Below the pieces are notes generated by a model, which was given only the letters and a program-made list of their open reading frames with translations, was not told the origin of the DNA and searched no databases. The translations under genes were made by a program, and so were the position numbers. DNA of 64,000 nucleotides from an uncultured Defluviitaleaceae bacterium (GTDB taxonomy: Bacteria > Bacillota > Clostridia > Lachnospirales > WRAX01): positions 60,025 to 124,024 of the forward strand of contig CAZOVK010000001.1 of the NCBI GenBank assembly GCA_964583165.1, written 5' to 3'. Of the stretch, positions 40,338 to 49,860 are shown one piece after another. Each line of letters starts with the position of its first letter. Position 1 is the first letter of the stretch.

Positions 40338-42247
40338 CGACACTAGAAAAAACAGCGGACAAGACGATATCTGAATATAACATGCTCAAGCCGGGGGATT
40401 CTGTTCTTATCGGACTGTCGGGCGGGGCGGATTCCGTCGCGCTCTTTCACTATTTATGCGGTTTGCGTGAGAAAATGGGTTTAACGCTCATAGCGGGGCA
40501 TATAAATCATATGTTACGCGGTGAAGACAGCTTTAATGATGAAGAGTTTTGCCGCGAATTATGCGCGCGGTGTAACGTGGAGTTTATGTTTTTTCGCGCG
40601 AACTGCAAGTTGTGGGCAGAGAATACGCGTGTTTCTATAGAAACGGCGGGGCGTAACATGAGGCGCTTGTTTTTGGGCGAGTGGGCGAGAAACCACAACG
40701 CAAGAGTTGCGCTGGCTCATAACCAGAACGATAACGCCGAAACCATGTTCATGAGGCTTTGCCGTGGCACGGGCACTACGGGGCTGTCGGGTATTGCGCC
40801 CGTTTCTGAAAATATCGTGCGCCCTCTAATCTTCGTCCCGCGTGAGCGGATTATCGAGTATTTGACAAGGCAGGGACTCACCTATCGTGATGATGACACT
40901 AACGCCGACACTGTTTATACACGCAACTATATAAGGCACGAAATCATACCGCGGCTGACCGAACGCCTAAACCCCAACCTACTGAACGGTTTGACCGACA
41001 TGGCGCGTATGTTCGGCGAAGAAAACGACTACCTTGAACAGCTCGCGTCTGAAGCGTTTAGGTCTAGCGTAAAAACGGGCGTGGGTTATGCGTCGGTGAA
41101 CGTAACGACAATCGCCCCGTTTCACCCCGTTATTAAACGCCGCGTCATACGTATGGCAATCAGCCAAATATGGGGGCACAACAACGACTACGGCATGACA
41201 CATATCGAAGCCGTTATGTCGCTGTTTGATAAACAATCGGGTAAGTACGTAACCTTACCTTACAACCTCATAGCCGAAAGATTACAAAGCGCCGTGGTGT
41301 TACGCCGCCGTGAACAGGCATTCGCGCCGTTTTCCCAAGAAATCAGGTTAGACACACCGATACACCTTGCCGAAACAGACGAAACAATAATTATTTCAAG
41401 AAGAAAAAATATTGCAAATTATGTCTGTACAAACTATTTTAGTAATGATAAAATAAGAAATGGTTTATATCTACGCAACCGCCGCGACGGCGATACGGTA
41501 AAAATCGTCGGGGTAGGGCGGCGAAAGCTTAAAGACGTGTTTATAGACAAAAAGATTCCGCGCCATGAGCGTGACGCAATACCGCTTGTAACGGACGGCG
41601 ACAGTGTCGTTTGTGTTCGGGGCATACTCACAAGCGCAGAATACCATATAGGAGTGGATACGGCTGATGTACTTTATGTGCACACGAATAAAATATCCCG
41701 GGGGGACAATATAATGAAAGAACAGGTAACGGAGCTGATAGCAACAGAGGTCGTAAGGGCGCGTGTCGAAGAACTCGCCGCGCAGATTTCTAAGGATTTT
41801 GAGGGCGAAACGCTCATGCTCATCTGTGTGTTAAAGGGCGGCGTAATGTTTATGACAGAACTGGCGAAAAACTTGAAGCTTCAAACGGAGTTTGGGTTTT
41901 TAGACATCTCAAGTTACGGCGCAAGCACCATATCAAGCGGCAACCCCGTTTTGGGCAGAGATTTGGATATGGACTTAACGGGCAAGAACGTCCTGTTGGT
42001 TGAGGACATTATAGACACGGGGCGCACGCTCGCCAAACTCGTTGAGCATATAAATACGAAGAACCCTAAACAACTAAAGCTCATCACACTTCTGGACAAG
42101 CCGGCGCGGCGCGTGGTTTTTAACCTACACCCCGATTATATTGGTTTCTCCATACCCGATGAGTTTGTAGTAGGTTATGGGCTTGACTATGACCAGCGTT
42201 ACCGCAACCTGCCGTATATCGGTACATTGCGCTTTATAGAAGAATAA
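40328..42247 (+). CDS. tilS: tRNA(Ile)-lysidine synthase fused in frame to hypoxanthine phosphoribosyltransferase (TilS/Hpt)
   Basis: N-terminal PP-loop GLSGGADS (TilS). The C-terminal 177 aa is an Hpt domain (VLKGGVMFM, LLVEDIIDTGRT). There is no stop between them. An internal ATG at 41714 follows GGGGGA. Confidence 0.85.
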   Translation: MAIATLEKTADKTISEYNMLKPGDSVLIGLSGGADSVALFHYLCGLREKMGLTLIAGHINHMLRGEDSFNDEEFCRELCARCNVEFMFFRANCKLWAENTRVSIETAGRNMRRLFLGEWARNHNARVALAHNQNDNAETMFMRLCRGTGTTGLSGIAPVSENIVRPLIFVPRERIIEYLTRQGLTYRDDDTNADTVYTRNYIRHEIIPRLTERLNPNLLNGLTDMARMFGEENDYLEQLASEAFRSSVKTGVGYASVNVTTIAPFHPVIKRRVIRMAISQIWGHNNDYGMTHIEAVMSLFDKQSGKYVTLPYNLIAERLQSAVVLRRREQAFAPFSQEIRLDTPIHLAETDETIIISRRKNIANYVCTNYFSNDKIRNGLYLRNRRDGDTVKIVGVGRRKLKDVFIDKKIPRHERDAIPLVTDGDSVVCVRGILTSAEYHIGVDTADVLYVHTNKISRGDNIMKEQVTELIATEVVRARVEELAAQISKDFEGETLMLICVLKGGVMFMTELAKNLKLQTEFGFLDISSYGASTISSGNPVLGRDLDMDLTGKNVLLVEDIIDTGRTLAKLVEHINTKNPKQLKLITLLDKPARRVVFNLHPDYIGFSIPDEFVVGYGLDYDQRYRNLPYIGTLRFIEE

Positions 42248-42316
42248 TAAGCCTGAGGGAACGTAGGGGCGCGTACCGCGTTCGTTACAACCCCAAGGCA
42301 TTAGGAAGGAGCTTTC

Positions 42317-44305
42317 ATGAAGTACGCAAAAAGCATGAGCATCTATGTCATCATATTTGCTTTCATCATTCTTGCCGTTATCGCGCTCAAGATGGCGAAC
42401 CCGCTGACGGTTGAAACGCCTTACTCATATTCTGATTTAGTGCGTGATTTAGAGGCGAACCGCGTTAAAAAGGTTGAGCTTATCGGCGACCCCGATACGG
42501 TTTTCGCGGCAACGGCGGCTATTGCGCTTAAAACGGGCGACACCACATCAACAGAGAGCAACATCAAAACCGTTGAAGTCCTAGACGTCGCGGGATTCAT
42601 GGAGAAAATGAATGAATACGCGGCAAAGAACACCGATTTGGTTATCACAACCAAACTTCCGCCCAAAACAAACGCGCTGTTAAGCCTTATAACGCCGTTT
42701 ATCTTTCTGATTGTAGCCATTTTCATCATGGTGTTCATGGTTCAAACGATGCAAGGCGCGGGTGGTAATGGGCGCGGCGTGATGAACTTTGGTAAGAGCA
42801 AGGCACGTGTCAGCACAGACGAGAAGAAGCGCGTCACGTTTGAGCAAGTCGCGGGGCTTGACGAAGAAAAGGCAGAGCTTGCCGAAATAGTTGAGTTTTT
42901 GAAAGCGCCCAAAAAATTTACTGACATTGGCGCAAGAATACCTAAGGGCGTTCTGCTTGTAGGCCCTCCGGGTACGGGTAAAACCTATCTCGCGCGTGCT
43001 TGCGCGGGTGAAGCGGGCGTGCCGTTCTTTAGTATCTCTGGTTCTGACTTCGTTGAAATGTTCGTCGGCGTGGGCGCGTCACGCGTACGCGATTTGTTTG
43101 AACAGGCGAAAAAGAACAGCCCCTGTATCATCTTCATTGACGAAATTGACGCGGTTGGGCGCAGACGTGGCGCGGGCTTAGGCGGCGGTCACGACGAGCG
43201 CGAACAGACATTAAACCAATTGCTCGTTGAAATGGACGGTTTCGGCGTAAACGAGGGCATCATCATTGTCGCGGCGACAAACCGCCCCGACATACTTGAC
43301 CCGGCGCTATTACGTCCGGGGCGTTTTGACAGACAAGTAACCGTGGGCATACCCGACGCGAAAGGGCGCGAGGGCGTTCTCCGTGTTCATGCCAAGGGCA
43401 AACAGATTGCGGCTGAGGTAGACCTAAGACTGGTCGCCCAAACCACACCCGGTTTCACACCCGCCGATTTGGAGAATCTATTAAACGAAGCCGCACTGTT
43501 GGCGGCGCGTCACGACAAAACACAAATAGATATGACCGATTTGCGTCAAGCGCTCATAAAGGTTGGCGTAGGTACAGAGAAAAAGAGCCGCGTGGTTTCT
43601 GACCGCGACAGACGTATTACCGCTTACCACGAAGCCGGTCACGCGATTCTGCACGAGGTTCTGCCACAGCTTGAACCCGTTCACATCGTGTCCGTAATAC
43701 CGACGGGGCGTGGAGCGGCGGGTTATACCATGTGGTTGCCGGGTGACGATAACAGCCACATAACGAAGAAGTTCCTGCAAGAAACGATAGTGGCCATGCT
43801 GGGCGGTCGCGCCGCCGAATTCCTTGTGATAGAAGACATCACAACAGGCGCCTCAAACGACATCGAACGCGCAACAAAAATGGCGCGTAACATGGTCACG
43901 AAGTTCGGTATGTCAGACGTGCTGGGGCCGATTCAGTTCGGCGATGACAACGACGAGGTATTTATCGGGCGCGATTTGGCGCATTCACGCAACTATGGCG
44001 AGGGTATCGCTAGTATGATAGACAGCGAAATCAAACGTATTGTTGACGATGCCTACCGCGAAGCCATCGAAATCCTCAGAAAGTATATGGACATAGTGCA
44101 TTCCTGCGCCGAGCTTTTGATTAAGAATGAGAAAATCACGGGTGATGAGTTCCGCGCTTTGTTCGGCGACAACCTACCCGATAAGTTGGTACCGCGCAAG
44201 GTCAACTTCATGGCTGAACCGTCAATAGACATTGCGCCTGAGCTTCCGAACACAGACACAACACCTGAAAACAAAGGCGGAAAGGACGATTATGCAGGGG
44301 TATAA
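42317..44305 (+). CDS. ftsH: ATP-dependent zinc metalloprotease FtsH
   Basis: Two TM segments, AAA+ [18 protein letters not shown], and zinc motif HEAGHA. Confidence 0.96.
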   Translation: MKYAKSMSIYVIIFAFIILAVIALKMANPLTVETPYSYSDLVRDLEANRVKKVELIGDPDTVFAATAAIALKTGDTTSTESNIKTVEVLDVAGFMEKMNEYAAKNTDLVITTKLPPKTNALLSLITPFIFLIVAIFIMVFMVQTMQGAGGNGRGVMNFGKSKARVSTDEKKRVTFEQVAGLDEEKAELAEIVEFLKAPKKFTDIGARIPKGVLLVGPPGTGKTYLARACAGEAGVPFFSISGSDFVEMFVGVGASRVRDLFEQAKKNSPCIIFIDEIDAVGRRRGAGLGGGHDEREQTLNQLLVEMDGFGVNEGIIIVAATNRPDILDPALLRPGRFDRQVTVGIPDAKGREGVLRVHAKGKQIAAEVDLRLVAQTTPGFTPADLENLLNEAALLAARHDKTQIDMTDLRQALIKVGVGTEKKSRVVSDRDRRITAYHEAGHAILHEVLPQLEPVHIVSVIPTGRGAAGYTMWLPGDDNSHITKKFLQETIVAMLGGRAAEFLVIEDITTGASNDIERATKMARNMVTKFGMSDVLGPIQFGDDNDEVFIGRDLAHSRNYGEGIASMIDSEIKRIVDDAYREAIEILRKYMDIVHSCAELLIKNEKITGDEFRALFGDNLPDKLVPRKVNFMAEPSIDIAPELPNTDTTPENKGGKDDYAGV

Positions 44306-44711
44306 CTGCATAATCGTATACAGCCCCGACACACAAAATATTCTGTTCTGCAAGCGCGAAAAAGAGCCGTATTTAGGGTTATACAATCTCGTTGGCGGCA
44401 AGATTGAGCCAAATGAGAACGGAATAGACGCGGCGTATCGCGAATTGAGTGAAGAAACAGGCATTACACGCGCCGATATAACACTCACGCATGTAATGAC
44501 CTTCACCTATCCGCTTCAAGACTGTTATGTAGAGGTTTATGGCGGTCGCCTAAAGGCGACTTTGTCGCTGGTGCGCGAAGCCCATGAACTGACGTGGTTA
44601 CCCGCTGACGGTGAGTACTTCGATATGAGAAAGTATGCGGGTGAGGGCAATATCGGGCATATGATTGAACAAGTGAAGATGTACCGAGATACGATACTGG
44701 GGCGGCTTTAG
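44292..44711 (+). CDS. NUDIX hydrolase
   Basis: Nudix box GGKIEPNENGIDAAYRELSEETGI. ATG 44292 is preferred; the track start lies inside ftsH. Confidence 0.75.
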   Translation: MQGYNCIIVYSPDTQNILFCKREKEPYLGLYNLVGGKIEPNENGIDAAYRELSEETGITRADITLTHVMTFTYPLQDCYVEVYGGRLKATLSLVREAHELTWLPADGEYFDMRKYAGEGNIGHMIEQVKMYRDTILGRL

Positions 44712-44721
44712 CCGCCCTTTT
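44700..44721 (+). terminator. Intrinsic terminator overlapping the NUDIX stop codon
   Basis: GGGCGGC-ttta-GCCGCCC followed by TTTT. Confidence 0.7.
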
Positions 44722-44745
44722 GTAATATCGCCCGTATTATAACGG

Positions 44746-45159
44746 TCATTCGAGCCAAAAAATCATCTGCTCCATAATCAGCCCGACAGCGAACCAAACA
44801 GGCGCGTAGTCGAGACGTATAACACCGTTTATATTAAGCCGAGCCTTGCTGTAGTCCCAAGGGCATATGCCAAAGTGTTTGAGAAGACTCCCCGTGATAT
44901 ACTCCGCCGCAAAGATACAAATAACATAAACACCCCCCCGAAAAATCAGCGGATACGGAGCGACCAAACGCGCAATAGGGCCCAGAAACGCCGCCAGCCC
45001 ATATATAAAAAACATCCAAATACTCGTGTTGGCGACAAGTCTGAAATCGCGCTTTATGGCCGAACCCAAACCTGTCCACACGACCTCCATACACCAACCG
45101 AGCATACCGAAAAGCATAAATTGAATAATCATATTCTTATATTTGTCAAACACGCGCAC
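44746..45159 (-). CDS. Small multi-pass membrane protein ('putative ABC-transporter type IV' family-like)
   Basis: 137 aa with 4 hydrophobic segments. The FGMLGWCMEVVWTG motif resembles that family as I recall it. Confidence 0.45.
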   Translation of the reverse strand: MRVFDKYKNMIIQFMLFGMLGWCMEVVWTGLGSAIKRDFRLVANTSIWMFFIYGLAAFLGPIARLVAPYPLIFRGGVYVICIFAAEYITGSLLKHFGICPWDYSKARLNINGVIRLDYAPVWFAVGLIMEQMIFWLE

Positions 45160-45223
45160 AAAAATGTTAGTAAAATCATGAAACGCGCAAACCGAAAATC
45201 AAGCATATAATACAGTAGGCTTT

Positions 45224-45508
45224 TTGGATAGGGGCGGTATTATGTTTTTCGACAGCCAAATGAACGCATTATTGTCAATGGATTTATTGAGGTGTCTTAG
45301 CCAAGGCAATATGACCCTGTTGCAGTTTAACGCGATACAAGATATTTTGATTCGGCTCAATATACCCTACGCCGTTGAATTCACAAGCGGCACGCGCAAG
45401 GACACGCCGCAGATTGTGTTAAATATCTATATTAACCCTGTGACAAGCATAGTTTTCACCATTGACTTAGGTCAAGGTGGCAACGGGCAAGCGTCGTCTA
45501 GTGTCTAG
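45224..45508 (+). CDS. Hypothetical small protein
   Basis: 94-aa ORF (possible start ATG 45242). No recognisable family; coding status uncertain. Confidence 0.3.
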   Translation: MDRGGIMFFDSQMNALLSMDLLRCLSQGNMTLLQFNAIQDILIRLNIPYAVEFTSGTRKDTPQIVLNIYINPVTSIVFTIDLGQGGNGQASSSV

Positions 45509-45578
45509 TTTCTTTTTGTCGTGACAAACCTTATGTGTTGTATTATAATGTAAGCAAATGACGCAATCGGGGTGTTTT

Positions 45579-46463
45579 ATGTATAGAGATTTTATTGACT
45601 TACGGGAGAAGGCGAGAAAAACGGCGGGTGGCACGGTCTGTGTCGCGGCGGCGGCCGACAGAGATGTGTTGGAAGCTATCGCCATAATGGAGCGCGAGGG
45701 CATCGGACAAGCCATACTCGTTGGCGACAAGGAAGCTATTTCGAGGCTTTGCGGTGAACTGGGTATAAAGAAGGCCGAAATCGTTGAAGCCGAGAACGAT
45801 ATTGACGCGGCGCAAAAGGCTGTTGAGATAGTCAAAAGCGGACGCGCACAGGTTCTGATGAAAGGTTTAGTCAATACGGCCGATTTTATGCGCGCTGTTT
45901 TGAATGGCGAAAACGGTTTGAGAACGGGGCGACTTATCAGCCATTTGGCGGCGTATGAAGTGCCCGGGCGTGAGAAGCTTTTGTTTTTGACCGACGGGGG
46001 CATGAATATTGCGCCTGATTTGGAGCAAAAAAAGCAGATTCTCGAAAATGCCATGGATTTGTTGGCGCGTATGGGTATTGAAGAGCCCAAAGTGGCTGTT
46101 CTGTCAGCGAATGAGAAGCCGTCACCTAAGCTGGTATCCAGTGTTGACGCGGCAGAGCTTGTGAAAATGCGCGAAGACGGTATCATCACGCGTGGCATAA
46201 TCGAGGGGCCGATTGCGCTTGATGTGGCGATAAGCCCCATGGCCGCTAAACATAAGGGCATAACAAGCCGCATAACGGGCGACGTTGACATCTTTTTAGT
46301 CCCCAATATCGACGCGGGCAATATCTTCGGGAAAACCCTCACATATTTCGCAAACGCGAAAATGGCGGGGCTAATTCTCGGCGCAAGCGCACCCATCGTA
46401 CTGACCAGCCGCTCGGATTCAGCCGAAGCGAAGTTTAACGCGATTGTCTGGGCGTTGGCATAG
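45579..46463 (+). CDS. Phosphate acyl(butyryl/acetyl)transferase, PTA/PTB family
   Basis: VAAAADRDVLEA.., LMKGLVNTADFMRAVL and GASAPIVLTSRSDS motifs. ATG 45579 follows GGGGTG. There is no adjacent acyl kinase gene. Confidence 0.8.
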   Translation: MYRDFIDLREKARKTAGGTVCVAAAADRDVLEAIAIMEREGIGQAILVGDKEAISRLCGELGIKKAEIVEAENDIDAAQKAVEIVKSGRAQVLMKGLVNTADFMRAVLNGENGLRTGRLISHLAAYEVPGREKLLFLTDGGMNIAPDLEQKKQILENAMDLLARMGIEEPKVAVLSANEKPSPKLVSSVDAAELVKMREDGIITRGIIEGPIALDVAISPMAAKHKGITSRITGDVDIFLVPNIDAGNIFGKTLTYFANAKMAGLILGASAPIVLTSRSDSAEAKFNAIVWALA

Positions 46464-46523
46464 TTTGAGAAACCGCTTTAACGTGGTATTATATACAGTA
46501 TCTTCATTATAATCGGGGTTTTT

Positions 46524-47414
46524 ATGTTTGGGATTGAGGATTTTCGGGCGTATTTGCACAAGCGAGGGCGTTCGCCGAACACATCTGACGCATACACGCG
46601 CGACGTGGCGAACTTTCTGGATTATCTCTACGAAAGTGGAGTTGACACGTCAAACGCAGTGAATGTCACGCGTACAGGTGTTTTGTCTTACATACTGCAT
46701 TTGCAGATAGAACAGCGTAGCCCTGCGTCTGTGTCGAGGGCGTTGGCGGCGATTAAGACGTTTTCTCGTTATGCCGTTGACAGCCGCGCGGGGGAGGTTG
46801 ACTTTGCGGCAGACATACAGCTACCACGTATTGACGCGAAAACGCCGACGGTTCTGACGGTTGATGAGGTGTTTAAGCTGATAAACTTCCCCGCGCAAAC
46901 GCCCGTAGATTTGCGCGACCGCGCAATGCTTACGTTGTTGTATGCTTGTGGGTTAAAGGTTACAGAAATGATACAGCTAGAAATCACGGACATTTACTCG
47001 ACTATGCAGTATGTTCGTTGCGGTGTTATGGGGCGATTGATTCCGTGTGCTTCGATTGCGTTTGAAGCCGTTGAGGAATATCGGGTGTTGCGTGATTCAA
47101 TCGCGCGTGATGATACGAAAAAGCTTATTTTAAGCGCGGCAGGCAAGCCCCTAACACGGCAAGGCGTTTGGAAACTGCTCAAACACCGCGCCGAACAATC
47201 AGAACTGGGTAATGCCGTAACGCCCAACGCGCTTAGAACGGCTTGTGCGCGTCACATGCTCGAAAACGGCGCGGAGGTTTCTGTTTTGCGCGAATTTCTG
47301 GGGCTGTCGTCAAAGGACGGCGCGTTACTCTCTATCAGCGCGGCGGGCGCAAAGATGCGTGACGTTTATAACAACAATCATCCACTTTCGGTTAGGGGTT
47401 TTAGCTTTGATTAG
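46524..47414 (+). CDS. XerD-like tyrosine-recombinase-fold protein with degenerate active site (probably non-catalytic)
   Basis: SAM-like N-domain (FRAYLHKRGRSPNTSDAYTRDVANFLDYL) and a recombinase-fold C-domain. Aligned by eye to XerD, Arg-I is K (GLKVTE), HxxR is NALR, LGH is LGL and the nucleophilic Tyr region is LLSISAA. Confidence 0.7.
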   Translation: MFGIEDFRAYLHKRGRSPNTSDAYTRDVANFLDYLYESGVDTSNAVNVTRTGVLSYILHLQIEQRSPASVSRALAAIKTFSRYAVDSRAGEVDFAADIQLPRIDAKTPTVLTVDEVFKLINFPAQTPVDLRDRAMLTLLYACGLKVTEMIQLEITDIYSTMQYVRCGVMGRLIPCASIAFEAVEEYRVLRDSIARDDTKKLILSAAGKPLTRQGVWKLLKHRAEQSELGNAVTPNALRTACARHMLENGAEVSVLREFLGLSSKDGALLSISAAGAKMRDVYNNNHPLSVRGFSFD

Positions 47415-48015
47415 TTTTGTACGCGGCGAGGTTGACTCAGTCGGCGACGGCTTCGCGGTTATTGACACGGGTGGCATTGGGTATAAGCTCAACATCACAA
47501 ATAGAACGGCCGCCACACTTGTTATCGGAGAAGTTGTGAAACTACAAACGTATATGTATATAAAGGAAGACGCTCTCGCGCTCTTTGGCTTTGAAAACGG
47601 TGACGAACTCGAGATGTTCACCATGTTACTGGGCGTGACGGGCATCGGCCCCAAGCTGGCGCTGGCGCTTTTGGGGTTCGCCACACCGTCACAGCTTATC
47701 ATGCAGATTGTTACGGAAGACACGGACGGTTTAGCCAAAGCCCAAGGCGTGGGCAAGCGCACGGCACAGCGCATTGTTATGGAACTAAAGGACAAACTCA
47801 AAAAACGAGACTTGGCGGCACTCACGGCGATAAAACCGCAAATAACGCTCGATAACCCATCAGCGGGCAAGAAACAAGACGCGCTCGACGCGCTGATTGC
47901 CTTAGGGTACAAGAAAGCCGAGGCCGCCGACGTACTCGCTGAACTCCCGTTTGACGGGCTTAACACAGAAGATTATATAAAACTCGCTCTGAAGAAAATA
48001 ATTTCTAAACGATAG
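47407..48015 (+). CDS. ruvA: Holliday junction DNA helicase RuvA
   Basis: (M)ISFVRGEV.., GIGYKLNI, and HhH motifs [14 protein letters not shown] and [13 protein letters not shown] 47407 overlaps the upstream stop. The longer track ORF is rejected. Confidence 0.9.
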   Translation: MISFVRGEVDSVGDGFAVIDTGGIGYKLNITNRTAATLVIGEVVKLQTYMYIKEDALALFGFENGDELEMFTMLLGVTGIGPKLALALLGFATPSQLIMQIVTEDTDGLAKAQGVGKRTAQRIVMELKDKLKKRDLAALTAIKPQITLDNPSAGKKQDALDALIALGYKKAEAADVLAELPFDGLNTEDYIKLALKKIISKR

Positions 48016-48023
48016 GGAATAGA

Positions 48024-49037
48024 ATGGATAGAAGAATAATCACGACAGAATACCGCGACGAGGACTACGCCGCCGAACATGGGGAGCAAGCCACGGCCTT
48101 GCGCCCGCCGTCTTTTGATGAATACATAGGGCAAGAGCGCATCAAGGAACAGCTTAAAATCTATATCGCCGCCGCGAAATTGCGGAAGGAGCCGCTCGAC
48201 CATGTGCTTTTGTATGGCCCGCCCGGTTTGGGTAAGACTACACTCGCGAACATCATAGCGCATGAAATGGGTGTGAACATCAAAACCACATCAGGCCCCG
48301 CGATAGAACGCGCGGGCGATATGGCGGCGATATTGAACGAGATGCAAAAGGGCGACATACTCTTTGTTGACGAGATACACCGTTTGAACCGCATCATCGA
48401 AGAGGTGCTCTATCCCGCAATGGAGGACTTCGCGCTCGATATAATGATAGGCAAAGGCCCCGGGGCGCGTTCTGTCCGCTTAGATTTGCCGCCGTTCACG
48501 CTCGTTGGAGCGACGACGCGTTATGGGCTTCTGTCCGCGCCCTTGCGTGACCGTTTTGGCGTAATCTCGCGATTAGAGCCATATGCCGTGCCACAGTTGG
48601 CACAGATTATCACGCGTTCATGCGCGGTGTTCGACATACCGATTGACCCAAGCGGGTCAGAGGAACTCGCCCGCCGTTCGCGTGGTACACCACGTATCGC
48701 CAACCGCCTGTTGCGCCGCGTGCGTGACTTCGCGCAGGTCAAGTTTGACGGAGCGATAACGCTTGAAGTCGCAAATGTCGCGCTCGATTCTCTCGAGGTA
48801 GACAAAATGGGGCTGGATATTTCTGACAGAAACTTACTGATGTCTATGATTGAGAAATACAGCGGGGGGCCTGTCGGGCTTGAAACACTCGCTGTTTCAA
48901 TCGGCGAAGATGTGTCAACAATTGAAGATGTAATGGAACCCTATCTTATTCAACTGGGTTTTATCAACCGTACCCCACGCGGGCGTGTTGTCACCGATTC
49001 CGCGTACAGATATTTAGGCTTAACAGAAAGAGGCTAG
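48024..49037 (+). CDS. ruvB: Holliday junction DNA helicase RuvB
   Basis: [30 protein letters not shown] and [17 protein letters not shown]. Confidence 0.96.
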   Translation: MDRRIITTEYRDEDYAAEHGEQATALRPPSFDEYIGQERIKEQLKIYIAAAKLRKEPLDHVLLYGPPGLGKTTLANIIAHEMGVNIKTTSGPAIERAGDMAAILNEMQKGDILFVDEIHRLNRIIEEVLYPAMEDFALDIMIGKGPGARSVRLDLPPFTLVGATTRYGLLSAPLRDRFGVISRLEPYAVPQLAQIITRSCAVFDIPIDPSGSEELARRSRGTPRIANRLLRRVRDFAQVKFDGAITLEVANVALDSLEVDKMGLDISDRNLLMSMIEKYSGGPVGLETLAVSIGEDVSTIEDVMEPYLIQLGFINRTPRGRVVTDSAYRYLGLTERG

Positions 49038-49040
49038 ACA

Positions 49041-49847
49041 ATGGATAACGAGAACATGTATAACGAAGAGATGCCGCAAGTTGAGAAACAGAAGCCAATG
49101 GGCGTTTTCACGAGTATCACCGCGCTGTTTTTCTCGCCCATTAAGCTCATGGAGAATTTGAAGAAAAACCCAAGGCTCGGAGCGCCGTTTTTGTTCTTTC
49201 TTGTGGCGGGGCTGGTTATGGGCTTTCTCGCTGTGCCGTACAGCGAAATCACCATGGTTGGGCAACAGCAAATCATTCTCGAACGCTACGGCAGAGAATA
49301 CTATGACTTCATGCAAAGCGCCATGAGCATGAGCCAACAAATGGGCGGCGGCGCGGGCGCGGCTATCACGACTATATCGGGCGCGCTCGGTGGTGTTGTG
49401 GGTATCGCGACTATGGCGTTTATTGTGGCGACCTTGTATTTTCTGGTTGCGAAAATAGCAAAAAGCAGTATCACTTATAAGCAGACGTGTTCGGCTTTCC
49501 TATACATCTTCATGATACAGGCGATAGGCAATGCGCTGTCGATACTTATGAGTGTTTTACTGTATACGCCGCTTAATGTGTTTACACTAGCCATGCTCAT
49601 GCCAGACGGCAATTTGTTGAACCCGACGTTTAACATACTTTCGGCAATCGGCATCTTCCCGATTTGGATGTCTATACTCATATTTATCGCACTTATGAAG
49701 GTTGGCGAACTGTCTAAGACAAAGGCGGGCGTTATTGCGGTCTTGGGTTATGTTATCATGGTGGTTTATGAAGCTGTTGTCACGCCCATGATAGCCCTGC
49801 AGAGCCTTGATTTTTCTTATAATTTGATAAGCAATATGGGGCGTTGA
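49041..49847 (+). CDS. Yip1-like multi-pass membrane protein
   Basis: 268 aa with 5 hydrophobic segments after a polar N-terminus. Family call is from topology and general resemblance only. Confidence 0.5.
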   Translation: MDNENMYNEEMPQVEKQKPMGVFTSITALFFSPIKLMENLKKNPRLGAPFLFFLVAGLVMGFLAVPYSEITMVGQQQIILERYGREYYDFMQSAMSMSQQMGGGAGAAITTISGALGGVVGIATMAFIVATLYFLVAKIAKSSITYKQTCSAFLYIFMIQAIGNALSILMSVLLYTPLNVFTLAMLMPDGNLLNPTFNILSAIGIFPIWMSILIFIALMKVGELSKTKAGVIAVLGYVIMVVYEAVVTPMIALQSLDFSYNLISNMGR

Positions 49848-49860
49848 CAGAGGTGATTCT

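Noticed and set aside
45467-46396. 309-aa minus-strand ORF.
   Set aside because: It is antisense to the well-supported PTA/PTB-family gene. The Ser/Ala/Pro-rich composition is typical of shadow ORFs in GC-rich coding DNA.
47325-47966. 213-aa minus-strand ORF opposite ruvA; similar long ORFs lie opposite mutS (12033-12662) and sbcC (17380-17871).
   Set aside because: These are shadow ORFs of strongly supported genes, with biased Ser/Ala/Cys composition and no RBS.
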